In this document: positions 27,885 through 30,543 of the stretch, one piece after another
Numbering within the stretch: position 1 is the stretch's first letter
How the letters are laid out: every line of letters begins with the position of its first letter
Virus record (IMG/VR): IMGVR_UViG_3300025653_000168
Span: 1-30,543 of that record
Reading direction: 5' to 3' (one strand)
Source: a virus
Lineage: Duplodnaviria; Caudoviricetes
DNA: 30,543 nucleotides
The notes under the pieces: model-generated
The model's database searches: none
The model's input: the letters and a program-made list of their open reading frames with translations, nothing else
What the model was told of the DNA's origin: nothing
Program-made: the position numbers and the translations under genes

Positions 27885-28477
27885 AATATTGCCTCCTTTA
27901 ATAGTTTTTTGAACTTAAATATATCAATATGTATAAATGGAGAATACTTTAAAATTCTCATTGATACAAATTTCCAAATAGGATCATCTAATTTTTTATC
28001 AAAGTTTTTTCTATATCCAAAGATAGAATCAAGAATGACCATTGTCTCTAATGATATATTTCCTTGCAAAAATACTTTTAATATTTTTGGATGACTTCCA
28101 TTTTTGATTGTGAATAAGTCTTCAATTGAATTTTCACTAAAAAGTTTCTCAATTTCTTCTTTAAACACATAAGAAAGAGATTGAGTTCTTTTCTTCCAAA
28201 GAGAAAATCTTTTTTCTCCTTCATTAATTATTTCTCCGATCCATAAAGATTCTGGATCGTTACATAATACAAAATTGGCAACAAAAAAACTGACGATTTC
28301 TTCATCAGTCTTCTGTCTACTCATTTTTTCAAACCACATTCTATCTTTACGTTTATAGAATGCTTGCAAAGATGCCTTTACTTTGCCATTATACCTCAAA
28401 TAATCATATTTTGGTTTTGTAAAATGATTCTTGAGGGCAAGGTAAGTCTTATAGCAATTCAGGGGATCCAATTTCAA
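27881..28477 (-). CDS. gp59: helicase loader gp59
   Basis: YKTYLALKNHFT...YDY..YNGK....F.KRKDR.WFEK..R...ISLETMVILD. Confidence 0.92.
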   Translation of the reverse strand: MKLDPLNCYKTYLALKNHFTKPKYDYLRYNGKVKASLQAFYKRKDRMWFEKMSRQKTDEEIVSFFVANFVLCNDPESLWIGEIINEGEKRFSLWKKRTQSLSYVFKEEIEKLFSENSIEDLFTIKNGSHPKILKVFLQGNISLETMVILDSIFGYRKNFDKKLDDPIWKFVSMRILKYSPFIHIDIFKFKKLLKEAIL

Positions 28478-28764
28478 AATACTAAACGTGCCTTAGATGT
28501 TTTTTTCAAAAAGTTGAGTTCCATTGCTTGATATTTAATTTTTTCTTTCAAAGGTTTTGAAAGAAGTTTTGGAACTGATTCCAATTCAATACCATTTCTT
28601 TCGCAAAAGATGATAATGGCATCAATATAATTTACATCATCGTTTTCTTGGACAATTTTTTCAATTTCCTGAGCAAACTTAGATGGACAAACAAATTTTT
28701 CGCCCAGAATCTTATTGAACTCTTTTTCTATGTTATTATTCATTATTTCCAGTATTGTGGGCAT
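28474..28764 (-). CDS. gp33: late transcription coactivator gp33
   Basis: F..EIEKIV.....YIDAI..FCE.N.IE.ESV.KL.SKPLKEKIK..A.ELNFLK. Confidence 0.92.
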   Translation of the reverse strand: MPTILEIMNNNIEKEFNKILGEKFVCPSKFAQEIEKIVQENDDVNYIDAIIIFCERNGIELESVPKLLSKPLKEKIKYQAMELNFLKKTSKARLVF

Positions 28765-28788
28765 AAAAATCTTATAATAATGAAATTA

Positions 28789-28817
28789 ATAATACCAAAT
28801 AATTTAAAAAATGTCAA
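28789..28817 (-). promoter_or_regulatory. sigma70-type promoter of gp33-gp59
   Basis: TTGACA (28817-28812) - 17 nt - TATTAT (28794-28789). Confidence 0.8.
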
Positions 28818-29491
28818 GAAATATTTGCAAGTTTGTCGTTTAGAAACTTTTTAATATACTTGACAAGAATTTTTAGATATTTTGATTTGTCATATTCTTC
28901 ATATACAACACACTCTCCATTCTCGCAAGCCATAATAATCACGAACTTTTTAACAGATATTCCTGTTAATTCGTGTAGCATACAAGCATAAGCACAGCAT
29001 TGAACAAAATATCCTTCAATCCACTCTCTTGGTTTTGGTTTTGCAGAAGTCTTGAAGTCAACAATTGCCAATTCTCCGTCAAATTCAGCAATACAGTCTA
29101 CCGTTCCAGCAATTCCTAAAAATTCACTGTAAAGAGACCCTTCAAGCGCACGAATATTATTTATTCTGTTTAAAGTTGGTTTGGCAATCTTAAACAGAAT
29201 CTCGGAAATAGGTTGAACATCGGATAAATTCCGATTATATAGGTGATCCTCAACAAGAAGGTGAAAATCGGTTCCACGACTTGTTGCTCTTTTTGTAATC
29301 TTATCTGCTTCTTCCTCACCAACTCTCTTTCTCCATTTTTGGAAGAAATCTTTTTTATAGTGACTGATTACAGAAGTGATAGAAACAAGTCGTAGAACTT
29401 CTTCTTTTGTAGGAACTTTATAATAACGAACACCATCAATTAATTCCCTAGTAAGTGTGGGAAATTCAGTTTCAATGTGATTAAAAATCAT
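28814..29491 (-). CDS. exonuclease, PD-(D/E)XK family
   Basis: SITSVI...W..RVG..EA......RGT.FH...E...AGTVDCIAEFDG.L.IVDFKTS...YFVQ...YA. Confidence 0.9.
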   Translation of the reverse strand: MIFNHIETEFPTLTRELIDGVRYYKVPTKEEVLRLVSITSVISHYKKDFFQKWRKRVGEEEADKITKRATSRGTDFHLLVEDHLYNRNLSDVQPISEILFKIAKPTLNRINNIRALEGSLYSEFLGIAGTVDCIAEFDGELAIVDFKTSAKPKPREWIEGYFVQCCAYACMLHELTGISVKKFVIIMACENGECVVYEEYDKSKYLKILVKYIKKFLNDKLANIS

Positions 29492-30261
29492 TAATTAATT
29501 CCTAGTTCAAGTTTTGCCAAAATGTATTCTTTACAAATACCAGAACGAACAATGTCTTCTGGTCCAAATTCAATAAGATCGAAAGATGGCATAATTCTCA
29601 AGACCTTCATAAAATCAATAATACCATTCTTTTCGTTTGTCTTAACCAAATCTGATTGAGTTGCATCTCCACAGAACATAATCTTAGAATCTTGCCCAAC
29701 TCGGGTGATAATAGAATCTAATTCGTGGAAATTAAGGTTTTGGAATTCATCAACAATGATAATAGCATTATCTAAAGTTGTTCCTCTAATAAAAGAGGTT
29801 GACCAGAAACTGATAGTTCCTTGTGCTTTCAAAGATGCGTATAGCATTTCAAATGAAGGATCATCAGGCATCTCAAACATAAATTTTACCATATTCTTAT
29901 ATGGTATTTGGTATAGGGATGATTTATCTTCATGATCTCCTGGAAGAAATCCAATCTCTCTAGTGGCAACAAGAGATCTTACAATATAGATTTTATCATA
30001 TGGAGACCTTTCATTTAATACCTCACATAACGCATTATAAAGAGTAATGAAAGTCTTTCCAGTACCAGCACATCCGTATGATACCAGATTTTGTCCTGAT
30101 TTGAAAGAGTCAAATAATTTTGTTTGATTCTCTGTTAGAGGTTCAATATCCAACAATTTATCAGAATTAATTTGATTCTTTCTTTTTCTCAACAACCTAG
30201 CATTTGGGATTTCTGACCCCATTGGCTGGATGTCTCCACTGCTCTTTCTTTTCCTTGCCAT
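29491..30261 (-). CDS. phoH: PhoH-family ATPase
   Basis: Walker A GCAGTGKT, IGFLPG, RGTTLDNAIIIVDEFQN, CGD..QSD, DIVRSG. Confidence 0.96.
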   Translation of the reverse strand: MARKRKSSGDIQPMGSEIPNARLLRKRKNQINSDKLLDIEPLTENQTKLFDSFKSGQNLVSYGCAGTGKTFITLYNALCEVLNERSPYDKIYIVRSLVATREIGFLPGDHEDKSSLYQIPYKNMVKFMFEMPDDPSFEMLYASLKAQGTISFWSTSFIRGTTLDNAIIIVDEFQNLNFHELDSIITRVGQDSKIMFCGDATQSDLVKTNEKNGIIDFMKVLRIMPSFDLIEFGPEDIVRSGICKEYILAKLELGIN

Positions 30262-30268
30262 GTGTTAA

Positions 30269-30514
30269 TTAGATACGTGATTTACTTCCGCCAGCTTTTG
30301 ATGCTTTCTTAAGAACTTCGCCCCATCCAGGGTTTTTGTTGATGTGCTTGTCTCGCCATTCACCAACTTCCCCAGAACCAGGACAAGTAGATGGATCAGA
30401 CCAATCTCTGTCCCAGTCTGGGTTATCTGTTTTCCATTGATCCCACTCGTGAACGCTTAAAACCACCTCTTTTTGTTCACCAGTATTTTTGTTAATTACA
30501 GGATAAGTTGCCAA
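30269..30514 (-). CDS. conserved cyanophage hypothetical protein upstream of phoH
   Basis: 81 aa, TTG start with a GAGGTG RBS; TYPV.NK.TGE.KE...W...NPDW...PGW.EVL. Confidence 0.82.
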   Translation of the reverse strand: MATYPVINKNTGEQKEVVLSVHEWDQWKTDNPDWDRDWSDPSTCPGSGEVGEWRDKHINKNPGWGEVLKKASKAGGSKSRI

Positions 30515-30536
30515 ATTTCACCTCAATAGCATAGTT

Positions 30537-30543
30537 TATTTAG
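30537..30543 (-). promoter_or_regulatory. late promoter-like CTAAATA
   Basis: 22 nt upstream of the TTG start at 30514; at the window edge. Confidence 0.5.

Noticed and set aside
28814-29491. Possible Cas4 gene
   Set aside because: PD-(D/E)XK exonuclease in the usual phoH-exo-gp33-gp59 block; no four-Cys Fe-S pattern recognised, and no other cas genes or array

Overview
AT-rich segment of a T4-like cyanophage (Kyanoviridae-like myovirus). From right to left it carries an early/replication block (hypothetical, phoH, PD-(D/E)XK exonuclease, gp33, gp59, DUF1825-like, gp32), then a baseplate/tail block (gp53, gp48 and gp4 on +; gp54-like, gp26 and gp51 on -). Next come two giant tape-measure-like proteins, a gp27-like hub, the auxiliary metabolic gene cp12, a lysozyme-less gp5 followed by spike/fibre-like genes and a 1352-aa Gly-rich repeat protein. 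The left end has small early ORFs and three tRNAs (Ile-UAU, Leu-UAA, Thr-UGU). Most notable observations: (i) one tape-measure-like protein carries three different peptidoglycan hydrolase domains; (ii) the two tape-measure-like genes share a near-identical 99-bp/33-aa module in which 4 of 5 differences are synonymous; (iii) a 1-nt frameshift inside a 39-bp tandem repeat splits one of these genes; (iv) gp5 contains a dockerin-like Ca-binding insert; (v) both gp5 and the 1352-aa protein show nested domain insertions; (vi) gp32 has a candidate autoregulatory leader. All calls come from motif recognition by eye; no database searches were run.
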